In this document: positions 26,628 to 37,258 of the stretch, piece after piece
Layout of the letters: every line of letters begins with the position of its first letter
Numbering within the stretch: position 1 is the stretch's first letter
Assembly (NCBI GenBank): GCA_009914755.4
Contig: CP068257.2
Span: 2,336,001-2,400,000 of the forward strand
DNA: 64,000 bases
DNA from: the human T2T-CHM13v2.0 reference genome, Homo sapiens
Direction of reading: 5' to 3'
Program-made: the position numbers and the translations under genes
Notes under the pieces: model-generated
Told to the model about the DNA's origin: nothing
Databases searched by the model: none
The model's input: the letters and a program-made list of their open reading frames with translations, nothing else

Positions 26628-29600
26628 TCACCGGTAGTGTGGCCCGCAGGGACGCCGACCTGCTGGAGCGTCGTGCCAGCATGGGCTGTGGCAACCACGT
26701 GGGCCAGCAGGAGGTTCCCGCTGCACAGCTGTGGGGTGAGGATAGACTGGGTGGTGATATCGGCCATTACAGGGGCCTCTTCTGCTGGCAAGAGTGTGAC
26801 AGTAGCAAGTAGATGGACAGGCCTGCGTGTGAGGATGGAATGCAGGAGGGGTTCTTGTGCGGCTGGGTGTGGGGCCCTCACGGGAACCGTGGAGAAATGG
26901 CCAGGTAACTGCGTCATGTGGGCTAGTAGATTGGCCAGGGCTTCGAACTGAAGGACGATAACGGGGAGTAGCTGTCAGGCCCTGGGGGTGCCTGAGTGTA
27001 AGTGGAGATGGGTTTGGGGTCACTGAGGGATGCGTGGGAGCCATCCCTGTATAGGTACAGGTCATAGGGAGATAGTCTCGTGAGGCCTGTGAGTGTCTAG
27101 GGTTGTCCTGGGTGCCTGGGGCTGACTGTGGCAGAAATCTGGGGAAGGCTGGAGAGAAGCTGGGAGACCCAGGAGAGTCCCTGAAGGCAGGGGGTGAAGA
27201 GGTGAAAGAAATGGGGGAGGGTTGCAGTAAGGTCCGTGAGTTTGTAGGTGATTCCTGGGTGCGGGAAGCTGACTCCAGGTGAAATCTGGAGATGGTTGGA
27301 GAGTAGCTGAGAGAGACAGAAGAGTCCCTGAGGGCTGGGGGTGAGAACATGAGGGAGACGGGGGAGTAAGTCAGTGAAATTCGTGAGTTCGGTGGTGTAT
27401 CGTGGGTGCCTGGAACTGACTCCAGCTGGAATCTAGAGAAGTTTTGAGAGTAGCTGAAGGAGACACAAGAGTCCCTGTGGGCTGAGGGCAAAGACCTGAG
27501 ACAGACCAGGGAGGACCTCAGTGAAGTCTGTGAGTCTGTAGGTGATTCCGGAGTGTGGGAGGCTGACTCCCGCTGAAATCTGGGCGTGGTGGGAGAGTAG
27601 CTGGGACAGACAGGAGAGTCCCAGGGGGCTGGGGGTGAAGACGTGAGAGAGACTGGGGAGTAACTCAGTGAAATTGCTGAGTTGGTTGGTGATACCTGGG
27701 TGCCTGGAACTGACCCCCGCTGAAATCTGGGCATGGTTGGAGAGTAGCTGGGACACACAGGAGAGTCCCTGAGGGCTGGGGGTGAAGACATGAGCGAGAC
27801 CGGGGAGTAACTGAGTGAAACTGGTGAGTTTGGTGGTGACTCCGGGGTGCCTGGAACTGACTCCAGCTGAAATGTGGGCGTGGTTGGAGAGTAGCTGGGA
27901 CAGACAGGAGAGTCCCTGAGGACTGGTGAAGACATGAGAGAGACTGGAGAGTAATTGAGTGAAATTGGTGAGTTTGGTGGTGATTCCTGGGTGCCTGGAA
28001 CTGACTCCCGCTGAAGTGTGGGCATGGTTGGAGAGTAGCTGGGACAGACGGGAGAGTCCCTGAGGGATGGTGAAGACATGAGAGAGACTAGAGAGTAATT
28101 GAGTGAAATTGGTGAGTTTGGTGGTGATTTCTCGGTGCCTGCAACGGACTCCCGCTGAAGTGTGGGCGTGCTTGGAGAGTAGCTGGGACAGACAGGCGAG
28201 TCCCTGAGGGTTGGAGATAAAGACGTGCTAGAGACTGAGGAGTAACTGAGTGAAATTGGTGAGTTTGGTGGTGATTCCGGGGTGCCTGGAACGGACTCCA
28301 GCTGAAATGTGGGCGTGGTTGGAGAGTAGCTGGGACAGACGGGAGAGTCCCTGAGGGATGGTGAAGACATGAGAGAGACTGGGGAGTAACGCAGTGAAAT
28401 TGGTGAGTTTGGTGGTGATTTCTGGGTGCCTGCAACGGACTCCCGCTGAAGTGTGGGCGTGCTTGGAGAGTAGCTGGGACAGACAGGCGAGTCCCTGAGG
28501 GTTGGAGATAAAGACGTGCTAGAGACTGAGGAGTAACTGAGTGAAATTGGTGAGTTTGGTGGTGATTCCGGGGTGCCTGGAACGGACTCCAGCTGAAATG
28601 TGGGCGTGGTTGGAGAGTAGCTGGGACAGACGGGAGAGTCCCTGAGGGATGGTGAAGACATGAGAGAGACTGGGGAGTAACGCAGTGAAATTGGTGAGTT
28701 TGGTGGTGATTTCTGGGTGCCTGCAACGGACTCCCGCTGAAGTGTGGGCGTGCTTGGAGAGTAGCTGGGACAGACAGGCGAGTCCCTGAGGGTTGGAGAT
28801 AAAGACGTGCTGGAGACTGGGGAGTAACTCAGTGAAAGTGGTGGGCTTGGTGGTGATCCCAGGGTTCCTGGAACTGACCCGCGCTGAAATGTGGGCGTGG
28901 TTGGAGAGTAGCTGGGACAGACTGGAGGGTCCGTAAGGGCTGGGGGTGAAGACGTGAGAGAGACTGGCGAGGATCTCACTGAGGTCTGTGAGTTTGTAGG
29001 TGTTTCTGGGGTGTGGGGTACAGACTCCCGCTGAAATCTGGGCGTAGTTGGAGAGTAGCTGGGACAGACAGGAGAGTCATGGGTGGCTGGGGGTGAGCTG
29101 CTGGATGATGGCAGTAAGAACATATGGTACATTATTGATGAATGAGGTGACTGTGAAGAATCTCCAGAGGAGGACACGGGAGAACACAATGACATGAGTG
29201 ACTGTCCTGCTTGGTTAGGAAAGGGAAACGTAAAGTTGTGGAATTCTGTTGATGATGGATGTGAGAGTGGTGAAGCCCTGCGGGATGATGTAGAGGACTT
29301 CCACATCCCTGGTGAGGAGCTGCCCCTTGGGTCTGAGTTTCTGGGAGGGGAGAGGGAGAAGCTGGGTGAGGCAGGCATGAATCTTGAGGAGTCAGGGCTG
29401 GGGGACCGCTCATATTCTCCCGAGACCTGTGAGTCTCTGGGGGACTCCTGGGTGCATGGGGCTGACTCCCGCAGGAACCTGGGGTTGGCTGGAGAGTAAC
29501 TGGGAGCCACAGGAGGGTCCCTGAGGCCTGGGGGTGAAGAGATGCAAGACACAGGGGTGGAGCAGCGTGAGGCTCGTGAGTTTGTAGGTGATTCCTGGGT

Positions 29601-30044
29601 GTGGGGGGCTGACTCCAGCTGAAATCTGGGGTTGTTTGGAGAGTAGCTGGGAGACACAGGAGAACCCCCGAGAGCTGGGGGTGAGCTGCTGGGTGATGGC
29701 AGTAAGAACATGTGGTATATTATTGATGAACGTGGGGACTCTGAGGAGTCCTCAGAGGAGGACACAGCAGAGCCCAATGGCTTCATTGATTGCCCATCAC
29801 GGTGAGGACAGGGAAATGGGAGCTTGTGGGATTCTGGTGATGACAGAGGTGAGTGTGGTGAAGCCCTAGGGGATGGTGAATGGTAGTTCCGGATCCCTGG
29901 TGAGGAGCTTCCCCTTAAGCCGGAGTTTCTGAGAGGGGAGAGGGAGAAGCTGGGTGAGGCTCGCATGGACCTTGGGGTGTCCGTGCTGGGGGACCGTTCA
30001 TAAGAAGAGCCAGACAAGAACCTACTGTTCTTAGGTGCAGACAT
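26628..30044 (-). CDS. Candidate ORF of 1138 aa encoding a Ser/Pro-rich repeat protein (hypothetical); this is the unit D copy
   Basis: Near-identical to the unit C ORF, with a few amino-acid substitutions. Confidence 0.3.
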   Translation of the reverse strand: MSAPKNSRFLSGSSYERSPSTDTPRSMRASPSFSLSPLRNSGLRGSSSPGIRNYHSPSPRASPHSPLSSPESHKLPFPCPHRDGQSMKPLGSAVSSSEDSSESPRSSIIYHMFLLPSPSSSPPALGGSPVSPSYSPNNPRFQLESAPHTQESPTNSRASRCSTPVSCISSPPGLRDPPVAPSYSPANPRFLRESAPCTQESPRDSQVSGEYERSPSPDSSRFMPASPSFSLSPPRNSDPRGSSSPGMWKSSTSSRRASPLSHPSSTEFHNFTFPFPNQAGQSLMSLCSPVSSSGDSSQSPHSSIMYHMFLLPSSSSSPPATHDSPVCPSYSPTTPRFQRESVPHTPETPTNSQTSVRSSPVSLTSSPPALTDPPVCPSYSPTTPTFQRGSVPGTLGSPPSPPLSLSYSPVSSTSLSPTLRDSPVCPSYSPSTPTLQRESVAGTQKSPPNSPISLRYSPVSLMSSPSLRDSPVCPSYSPTTPTFQLESVPGTPESPPNSPISLSYSSVSSTSLSPTLRDSPVCPSYSPSTPTLQRESVAGTQKSPPNSPISLRYSPVSLMSSPSLRDSPVCPSYSPTTPTFQLESVPGTPESPPNSPISLSYSSVSSTSLSPTLRDSPVCPSYSPSTPTLQRESVAGTEKSPPNSPISLNYSLVSLMSSPSLRDSPVCPSYSPTMPTLQRESVPGTQESPPNSPISLNYSPVSLMSSPVLRDSPVCPSYSPTTPTFQLESVPGTPESPPNSPVSLSYSPVSLMSSPPALRDSPVCPSYSPTMPRFQRGSVPGTQVSPTNSAISLSYSPVSLTSSPPAPWDSPVCPSYSPTTPRFQRESASHTPESPTDSQTSLRSSLVCLRSLPSAHRDSCVSFSYSQNFSRFQLESVPGTHDTPPNSRISLTYSPVSLMFSPPALRDSSVSLSYSPTISRFHLESASRTQESPTNSRTLLQPSPISFTSSPPAFRDSPGSPSFSPAFPRFLPQSAPGTQDNPRHSQASRDYLPMTCTYTGMAPTHPSVTPNPSPLTLRHPQGLTATPRYRPSVRSPGQSTSPHDAVTWPFLHGSREGPTPSRTRTPPAFHPHTQACPSTCYCHTLASRRGPCNGRYHHPVYPHPTAVQREPPAGPRGCHSPCWHDAPAGRRPCGPHYR
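27086..29088. repeat. Nested 141-bp VNTR of unit D, ~14 copies
   Basis: Same 141-bp repeat; the block is 2000 bp long. Confidence 0.85.
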
Positions 30045-30103
30045 GATTAGGAAACCTGCAGCTCCCAGGGGCCCCCACTAATGTTCTAACTCGCAGAAGG
30101 AAG

Positions 30104-30119
30104 GAGTGTGTGTGCGTGT

Positions 30120-30153
<34 letters not shown>

Positions 30154-30243
30154 TTGTGTGTGTGCGGTGTGAGGTATGGGCCCCTTAAGGAAATGGAAAT
30201 CAACCAACCAATGGGACAGACAGACAGACAGACAGACAGAGAT
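30104..30243. repeat. (GT)n followed by (CAGA)n, in unit D
   Basis: Same arrangement; longest GT tract and seven CAGA repeats. Confidence 0.95.
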
Positions 30244-30344
30244 TCACTTGCCCAAGTGTTCTGTCCTGTCCTCTGAATCCGCTTTCAAGTCGCAAGACGC
30301 TGTGAGCTCCAAGTCCACGCAGAGTCCGCCAAACGCTCCGGCCG

Positions 30345-30465
30345 CTGATCCGCTCCGCGAAGATCTGAGTACAGGCCAGCCAGGGTGGGTTTAAATAGCC
30401 TCGGGCGCAGCCTAGCAGCGGAAAGGGCGGAGCTTCACTCCTCCTTTCCATCAGTCACCCCCAAC
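30345..30465 (-). promoter_or_regulatory. Same TATA/GC-box element in unit D
   Basis: tttaaata at 30390-30397 and gggcgg at 30425-30430. Confidence 0.25.
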
Positions 30466-33321
30466 TTTCCCAGGCTACACCTCGTAGGAAACTGTTCTCC
30501 TGCTTTGATTTCATGCGCCACCTTTGGGACAATCTAAGAACTTACAGGTTTTCTTGGCCAGATTTATTAGGAATTGTATGCACTGAAACACTGAAAACCA
30601 ACTAGTGGTTCTGTGCTTCCCACGTTGTGGTTTTGACACCAGCAGCATCCTTGCCACAATCAAACCCCGGAGATCCGCAGATCTGTGTTGTAACAAGACC
30701 TCCCCCTGACCCTGAAGCATGGCAGTTGAAGAAGTCTTTCCGTGTAAGCGAAAAGACTTTGAAGAAAAGGTGGAGATATGCGTTGTATAAACATTCTTTG
30801 GCTCTGGAACCACGTAGAGACTTGGGAGCCAGTTGGGTGGAGCATTCGTTGGATGAGGGTGCTCGGGTTAGGAATATCAAGGTGTTTCTCCAGATAATCC
30901 AATCATCTAATTAAGATTCCAGTTATGCTCATCTGTTTTAAAATTCCGTTTGGGTAAATTCTTTTAGTCAGACTGAGAATGGCAAAGCCTCAACCCCAAT
31001 TTCCAGGGAGGGTGGAGAGCCTCAGGTGGAGTTGATCACCAATAGCCTATGGTTTAACCCATCATGCCTATAGAATGAGGTCTCCATCAAAACCCAAAAG
31101 GACTGGGTTCAGAGAGCTTCTGGATAACACTTCCTGGAAGGTAGTGCACCCCTCCCCGCATGCCGGGCCCCACATTTATTTCTGAACCTTGTGCAATGTC
31201 CGCTAAAATACAACGGCAAATGTAAGTGTTTCCCTGCGTGCTGTGAGCTCTTCCAGCAAATGAATGCAACTAAATCTGGGAGTGGTGGCAACCTGATTTA
31301 TAGCCAGTTGCTGAGAAGCACAGGTAAAACAACGTAGGGCTTCCCATTGTTATTGGTGTGGGAGGCCTGTCTGGCGGGACTCGGCCCTTTGGAATCTAAT
31401 GCTATGTCCCGGTAGATAGCGTCACCATTGAATTAGAAGACACACATATGTGGAGAATAATCTTTCTGGTCATTTACTGCATGTCATATTTACAATATGT
31501 AATCAAATTCTTTATCCTGACCTTATGGCACCTGGGTTTAGGACCATGATTTGAACCAAACGTTGGTCTGTCACTTTCTGAGTTTGAAACTTTATTTTGC
31601 CTTTAGCGTTTTGCTATTGCTTTTTCGTTTTCTTTTGTTTCGTTTCGTTTCTAAGTTCTGGGGTATATGTGCAGGATGTGCAGATTTGTTACTAAGGTAA
31701 ACGTGTGCCATGGTGGTTTGCTGCACCTGTCAACCCGTCACCTAGGTATTAAGCCCAGCATGCAGTAGCTGTTTTTCTTAACGCTCTGCCTCCCGAAAGG
31801 CCCCAGTGTGTGTTGTTCCCCTTCCTGTGTCCATGGGATCTCACTTTTCAGCTCCCATTATAAGTGAGAAGGTGGCGTTTGGTTTTCTTTCCCTGGATTA
31901 GTTTGCTGACGATAATGACCACACATCACCACTGTTTTTGTTTTTTAGTATAAAGAGTAGTATTTTATTGAATAAGATTTGCTCACAGAAAAATAAGCTT
32001 AAATCTACAATGAATGCCAGACCCTACAGCAGAAAGCAATTTTCTCACTTTTCCACACACAATGGTTCCTACTAAGTGAAAAAAAAGCCATAAAATTTCA
32101 TTCACAAATGTACTACTCTGTCTCAAAACATCTCACGTAATCATGCACTGTACTAAAGCCATCAGATCAGTTCTTCAGTCAGGTTAAAGAAGTATCCCTC
32201 TAATAACTGACTTTTATAATGCTATCAATATCCACTCCCAATCAGTCTGCCATTGTTAATGGTGTACAGCATTACTGAATACAACGGAATTGATGACGCC
32301 CATATCCACAGACAAACCGTGACTTATGATGGTTTGATTTATGATTTTTCAACGTTATGATGGGTTTATTGGAATATTAGATTCGTTTCTGAGTTACACT
32401 GGGTTTATGAGTATGCGACCCTACACTCCAGAAACAGCTGTATAAGGAAAAACAGGTGTACCTAATAAAAATATGCTTAGTGACTTGGGATAAACCAATA
32501 GATGTTCACAAGTGATGGAGAGCCGTGAAAGAGAGATAGCGGTAAATAGTTACAATAACACAATTTTCCTGCACCTGTCGAGGATTTCCCCCAAAAAACG
32601 CAGAATGTGGGATGCACCTAAGGCATATGAAAGAGAGAGGGCAGAAGGAGTAAGAGAGAAACAGGAGGAAGGAAGGAAGGAAGGAAGGAAGGAAGGAAGG
32701 AAGGAAGGAAAGAAGGAAGGTAGGACGGAAAGAAGGAAGGAAGGAAGGAAGGAAGGAAGGAAGGAAGGAAGGAAGGAAAGAAGGACTAAAGGAAGGAGAG
32801 AACACCGGTGTTACTAAAACCCCCCAAAAAATGGTTTCCCCCTGTGGGTAAGCCTACAATGTGGATGAATCTTGAAAATATTGTGCTACGTGTTATGTCA
32901 GTCATAGCAGCTCACCTATTGTGCAATTCCGTTTATAGGAAATGTCCACAATAGAGACAGAAGGAGGAGTGACTAATGTCTACAGCGTTTTTCTCTGGTC
33001 GGGGGTGATAAGACGTTTTACAATGGATTGCGAATTAAAATTGAATGTGCACAACCACAGGTATACTAAAAGCCACTGAATTCATGACCTTTAATGGGGG
33101 AATGTTATGTGGCGCAGTCTCATGGAGACCACGGCAGACATAGTGAGAGAGAAAAAGGTGAGTAAATATCTGAAACGGAGGCAGAAACAGAGAGAATGAA
33201 AAGCCCTGTGAATGGAAGGGAGAGCGAAAAGGGAAAATGGTCCCATTTACAAATGACAGATGTGAAACTGGGGTTCACATCAACAGTGTCACTGCCAGGG
33301 AGGAGGGTCATGCTAGCCATG

Positions 33322-35970
33322 TCACCGGTAGTGTGGCCCGCAGGGACGCCGACCTGCTGGAGCGTCGTGCCAGCATGGGCTGTGGCAACCACGTGGGCCA
33401 GCAGGAGGTTCCCGCTGCACAGCTGTGGGGTGAGGATAGACTGGTTGGTGATATCGGCCATTACAGGGGCCTCTTCTGCTGGCAAGAGTGTGACAGTAGC
33501 AAGTAGATGGACAGGCCTGTGTGTGAGGACGGAATGCAGGAGGGGTTCTTGTGCGGCTGGGTGTGGGGCCCTCACGGGAACCGTGGAGAAATGGCCAGGT
33601 AACTGCGTCATGTGGGCTAGTAGATTGGCCAGGGCTTCGAACTGAAGGACGATAACGGGGAGTAGCTGTCAGACCCTGGGAGTGCCTGAGTGTAAGTGGA
33701 GATGGGTTTGGGGTCACTGAGGGATGCGTGGGAGCCATTCCTGTATAGGTACAGGTCATAGGGAGATAGTCTCGTGAGGCCTGTGAGTGTCTAGGGTTGT
33801 CCTGGGTGCCTGGGGCTGACTGTGGCAGAAATCTGGGGAAGGCTGGAGAGAAGCTGGGAGACCCAGGAGAGTCCCTGAAGGCAGGGGGTGAAGAGGTGAA
33901 AGAAATGGGGGAGGGTTTCAGTAAGGTCCGTGAGTTTGTAGGTGATTCCTGGGTGCGGGAAGCTGACTCCAGGTGAAATCTGGAGATGGTTGGAGAGTAG
34001 CTGAGAGAGACAGAAGAGTCCCTGAGGGCTGGGGGTGAGAACATGAGGGAGACGGGGGAGTAAGTCAGTGAAATTCGTGAGTTCGGTGGTGTATCGTGGG
34101 TGCCTGGAACTGACTCCAGCTGGAATCTAGAGAAGTTTTGAGAGTAGCTGAAGGAGACACAAGAGTCCCTGTGGGCTGAGGGCAAAGACCTGAGAGAGAC
34201 CAGGGAGGACCTCAGTGAAGACTGTGAGTCTGTAGGTGATTCCGGAGTGTGGGAGGCTGACTCCCGCTGAAATCTGGGCGTGGTGGGAGAGTAGCTGGGA
34301 CAGACAGGAGAGTCCCAGGGGGCTGGGGATGAAGACATGAGAGAGACTGGGGAGTAACTCGGTGAAATTGCTGAGTTGGTTGGTGATACCTGGGTGCCTG
34401 GAACTGACCCCCGCTGAAATCTGGGCATGGTTGGAGAGTAGCTGGGACACACAGGAGAGTCCCTGAGGGCTGGGGGTGAAGACATGAGCGAGACCGGGGA
34501 GTAACTGAGTGAAACTGGTGAGTTTGGTGGTGACTCCGGGGTGCCTGGAACTGACTCCAGCTGAAATGTGGGCGTGGTTGGAGAGTAGCTGGGACAGACA
34601 GGAGAGTCCCTGAGGACTGGTGAAGACATGAGAGAGACTGGAGAGTAATTGAGTGAAATTGGTGAGTTTGGTGGTGATTCCTGGGTGCCTGGAACTGACT
34701 CCCGCTGAAGTGTGGGCGTGGTTGGAGAGTAGCTGGGACACACAGGAGAGTCCCTGAGGGTTGGAGATAAAGACGTGCTAGAGACTGAGGAGTAACTGAG
34801 TGAAATTGGTGAGTTTGGTGGTGATTCCGGGGTGCCTGGAACGGACTCCAGCTGAAATGTGGGCGTGGTTGGAGAGTAGCTGGGACAGACGGGAGAGTCC
34901 CTGAGGGATGGTGAAGACATGAGAGAGACTGGGGAGTAACGCAGTGAAATTGGTGAGTTTGGTGGTGATTTCTGGGTGCCTGCAACGGACTCCCGCTGAA
35001 GTGTGGGCGTGCTTGGAGAGTAGCTGGGACAGACAGGCGAGTCCCTGAGGGTTGGAGATAAAGACGTGCTGGAGACTGGGGAGTAACTCAGTGAAAGTGG
35101 TGGGCTTGGTGGTGATCCCAGGGTTCCTGGAACTGACCCGCGCTGAAATGTGGGCGTGGTTGGAGAGTAGCTGGGACAGACTGGAGGGTCCGTAAGGGCT
35201 GGGGGTGAAGACGTGAGAGAGACTGGCGAGGATCTCACTGAGGTCTGTGAGTTTGTAGGTGTTTCTGGGGTGTGGGGTACAGACTCCCGCTGAAATCTGG
35301 GCGTAGTTGGAGAGTAGCTGGGACAGACAGGAGAGTCATGGGTGGCTGGGGGTGAGCTGCTGGATGATGGCAGTAAGAACATATGGTACATTATTGATGA
35401 ATGAGGTGACTGTGAAGAATCTCCAGAGGAGGTCACGGGAGAACACAATGACATGAGTGACTGTCCTGCTTGGTTAGGAAAGGGAAACGTAAAGTTGTGG
35501 AATTCTGTTGATGATGGATGTGAGAGTGGTGAAGCCCTGCGGGATGATGTAGAGGACTTCCACATCCCTGGTGAGGAGCTGCCCCTTGGGTCTGAGTTTC
35601 TGGGAGGGGAGAGGGAGAAGCTGGGTGAGGCAGGCATGAATCTTGAGGAGTCAGGGCTGGGGGACCGCTCATATTCTCCCGAGACCTGTGAGTCTCTGGG
35701 GGACTCCTGGGTGCATGGGGCTGACTCCCGCAGGAACCTGGGGATGGCTGGAGAGTAACTGGGAGCCACAGGAGGGTCCCTGAGGCCTGGGGGTGAAGAG
35801 ATGCAAGACACAGGGGTGGAGCAGCGTGAGGCTCGTGAGTTTGTAGGTGATTCCTGGGTGTGGGGGGCTGACTCCAGCTGAAATCTGGGGTTGCTTGGAG
35901 AGTAGCTTGGAGACACAGGAGACCCCCCGAGAGCTGGGGGTGAGATGCTGCGTGATGGCAGTAAGAACAT
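33322..35970 (-). CDS. Partial copy of the Ser/Pro-rich ORF in unit E. The N-terminal part is missing because the array ends.
   Basis: The 882-aa ORF starts at an internal Met. The upstream part of the ~575-bp block is absent beyond 35997. Confidence 0.15.
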   Translation of the reverse strand: MFLLPSRSISPPALGGSPVSPSYSPSNPRFQLESAPHTQESPTNSRASRCSTPVSCISSPPGLRDPPVAPSYSPAIPRFLRESAPCTQESPRDSQVSGEYERSPSPDSSRFMPASPSFSLSPPRNSDPRGSSSPGMWKSSTSSRRASPLSHPSSTEFHNFTFPFPNQAGQSLMSLCSPVTSSGDSSQSPHSSIMYHMFLLPSSSSSPPATHDSPVCPSYSPTTPRFQRESVPHTPETPTNSQTSVRSSPVSLTSSPPALTDPPVCPSYSPTTPTFQRGSVPGTLGSPPSPPLSLSYSPVSSTSLSPTLRDSPVCPSYSPSTPTLQRESVAGTQKSPPNSPISLRYSPVSLMSSPSLRDSPVCPSYSPTTPTFQLESVPGTPESPPNSPISLSYSSVSSTSLSPTLRDSPVCPSYSPTTPTLQRESVPGTQESPPNSPISLNYSPVSLMSSPVLRDSPVCPSYSPTTPTFQLESVPGTPESPPNSPVSLSYSPVSLMSSPPALRDSPVCPSYSPTMPRFQRGSVPGTQVSPTNSAISPSYSPVSLMSSSPAPWDSPVCPSYSPTTPRFQRESASHTPESPTDSQSSLRSSLVSLRSLPSAHRDSCVSFSYSQNFSRFQLESVPGTHDTPPNSRISLTYSPVSLMFSPPALRDSSVSLSYSPTISRFHLESASRTQESPTNSRTLLKPSPISFTSSPPAFRDSPGSPSFSPAFPRFLPQSAPGTQDNPRHSQASRDYLPMTCTYTGMAPTHPSVTPNPSPLTLRHSQGLTATPRYRPSVRSPGQSTSPHDAVTWPFLHGSREGPTPSRTRTPPAFRPHTQACPSTCYCHTLASRRGPCNGRYHQPVYPHPTAVQREPPAGPRGCHSPCWHDAPAGRRPCGPHYR
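33780..35346. repeat. Nested 141-bp VNTR of unit E, ~11 copies
   Basis: Same 141-bp repeat; the block is 1566 bp long. Confidence 0.85.
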
Positions 35971-37003
35971 GTGGTATATTATTGATGAATGTGGGGACTC
36001 TATCTTGTCAATGATTCTAGCTTATATTAATATGCAATGTATACAATATGCTAACATTTACAATATATGTTTATAGTTTAAACATTTCTGTCATATTTTC
36101 AGATTCTTTAAAGATTATATTACACTTCCTGTTTCAGATAGCTGCTTAAAATGAGTAAGGAAAAACGGATGTGTGCATCAGTTGTAACTGTTTATGGACT
36201 AAAACTAGTTGATTTACTGGTTAAGAACAAAAAGTGACAACCTAATTAACTGAAAATTTTAAGTAGGCAATTATAGTTTTAGCTTTAAAGTAAAATATTA
36301 ACTATGCTCCATTCTTGCATTGTTAACATAATACTCAATATAAATCGCCACATGCCATGTTTCAGATCAAGGTTCTACTTGTGATCTCTCATGAGTTTTT
36401 CAAGGTTTTAATTATCTGAGATGTAACAATGTACCCGTAACCTTACTGGCTTAAACCAGGAATTTATTCTTTTTACATGTCAATTTTCTGGGTCAAGACA
36501 CTGGACAGGGCGGTGTGGGTTGGTTGCTTCGTGATGTCCCTGGTCTCATCTGGAAAGACTCTAGTGGCTGGGGACTTGAAGCAGGGACCCAGAAGGACTC
36601 TAGTGGCTGGGGACATGGAGCAGGCACCCAGCCCTCTCTTTGTGGCCAGCACGGACTTCCTCCCAGTCTGGCAGTCAGGTAGTCAGGTTTGTCTGGCTTC
36701 TCCTAGGGCGTGTGTCCAAGAGGCCCAGGCAGAAGCTGTAAGTTCTCTCATGATCATCCCTCAGAAATCCCAGAGCATCTCTCCTGCCACACTGTCCAGT
36801 CATACTCATCACTGAGACAAGCCATGATTCAAGGGCGGAAGGTGATTAGATTCCACCTCTTGATGAGAAGCATAGTAGGAACCTGCAGCAGTCTTTAATA
36901 AACCACAGGTTGTCCTCTGTCCACAAACTATTAACGTTTCTCCCACATGCAAATTATGCTTTGCCCCTCTCAAGAGTCCCAAAATGGTTTTCCTTATGGC
37001 ACT

Positions 37004-37258
37004 GGCTGGTAGCCCAACTGAATCCTGAATCAGGTTGTGGTGGCCTATCATCTGCCCCTGATGCACTCAGCCACAGTGAGGACTGAATCAGGTTGTTGTG
37101 ACCTATCATCTGAGCCCACACACTCAGCCGCAGTGAGGACTGAATCAAGTTGTGGTGGCCTGTCATCTGCCCCTGACGCACTCAGCCACAGTGAGGACTG
37201 AATCAGGTTGTTGTGACCTACCATCTGAGCCCACACAGTCAGCCGCAGTGAGGGGACA
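37004..37258. repeat. ~59-bp tandem repeat of 4 copies, organised as a 118-bp higher-order pair repeated twice
   Basis: actgaatcaggttgtggtggcctatcatctgcccctgatgcactcagccacagtgagg alternates with a ..gttgttgtgacctatcatctgagcccacacactcagccgcagtgagg variant. Confidence 0.85.

Larger units (their letters stand above)
26246..32950. repeat. Macrosatellite unit D (~6.70 kb)
   Basis: Nearly identical to unit C. Inner VNTR has ~14 copies. The 1138-aa minus-strand ORF is intact. Confidence 0.9.
6784..35997. repeat. Macrosatellite of 4.5 head-to-tail units, 6.28-6.72 kb each
   Basis: The anchor gggtttgagacagaatgaggagtgactaatgtctacagggtctttctctggtcggggg recurs at 6790, 13063, 19525, 26246 and 32951 (this last copy carries a ~90-bp deletion). 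All other unit landmarks recur with the same spacing. Units are ~98-99% identical, and C versus D is higher than 99%. Confidence 0.95.
32951..35997. repeat. Macrosatellite unit E, partial (~3.05 kb). It ends inside the ~575-bp block.
   Basis: Homology to the other units stops at ~35997, where gaatgtggggactctatcttgtcaatg diverges from gaacgtggggactctgaggagtcctcag. There is a ~90-bp deletion near the unit start at 32941-32950. Confidence 0.85.
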
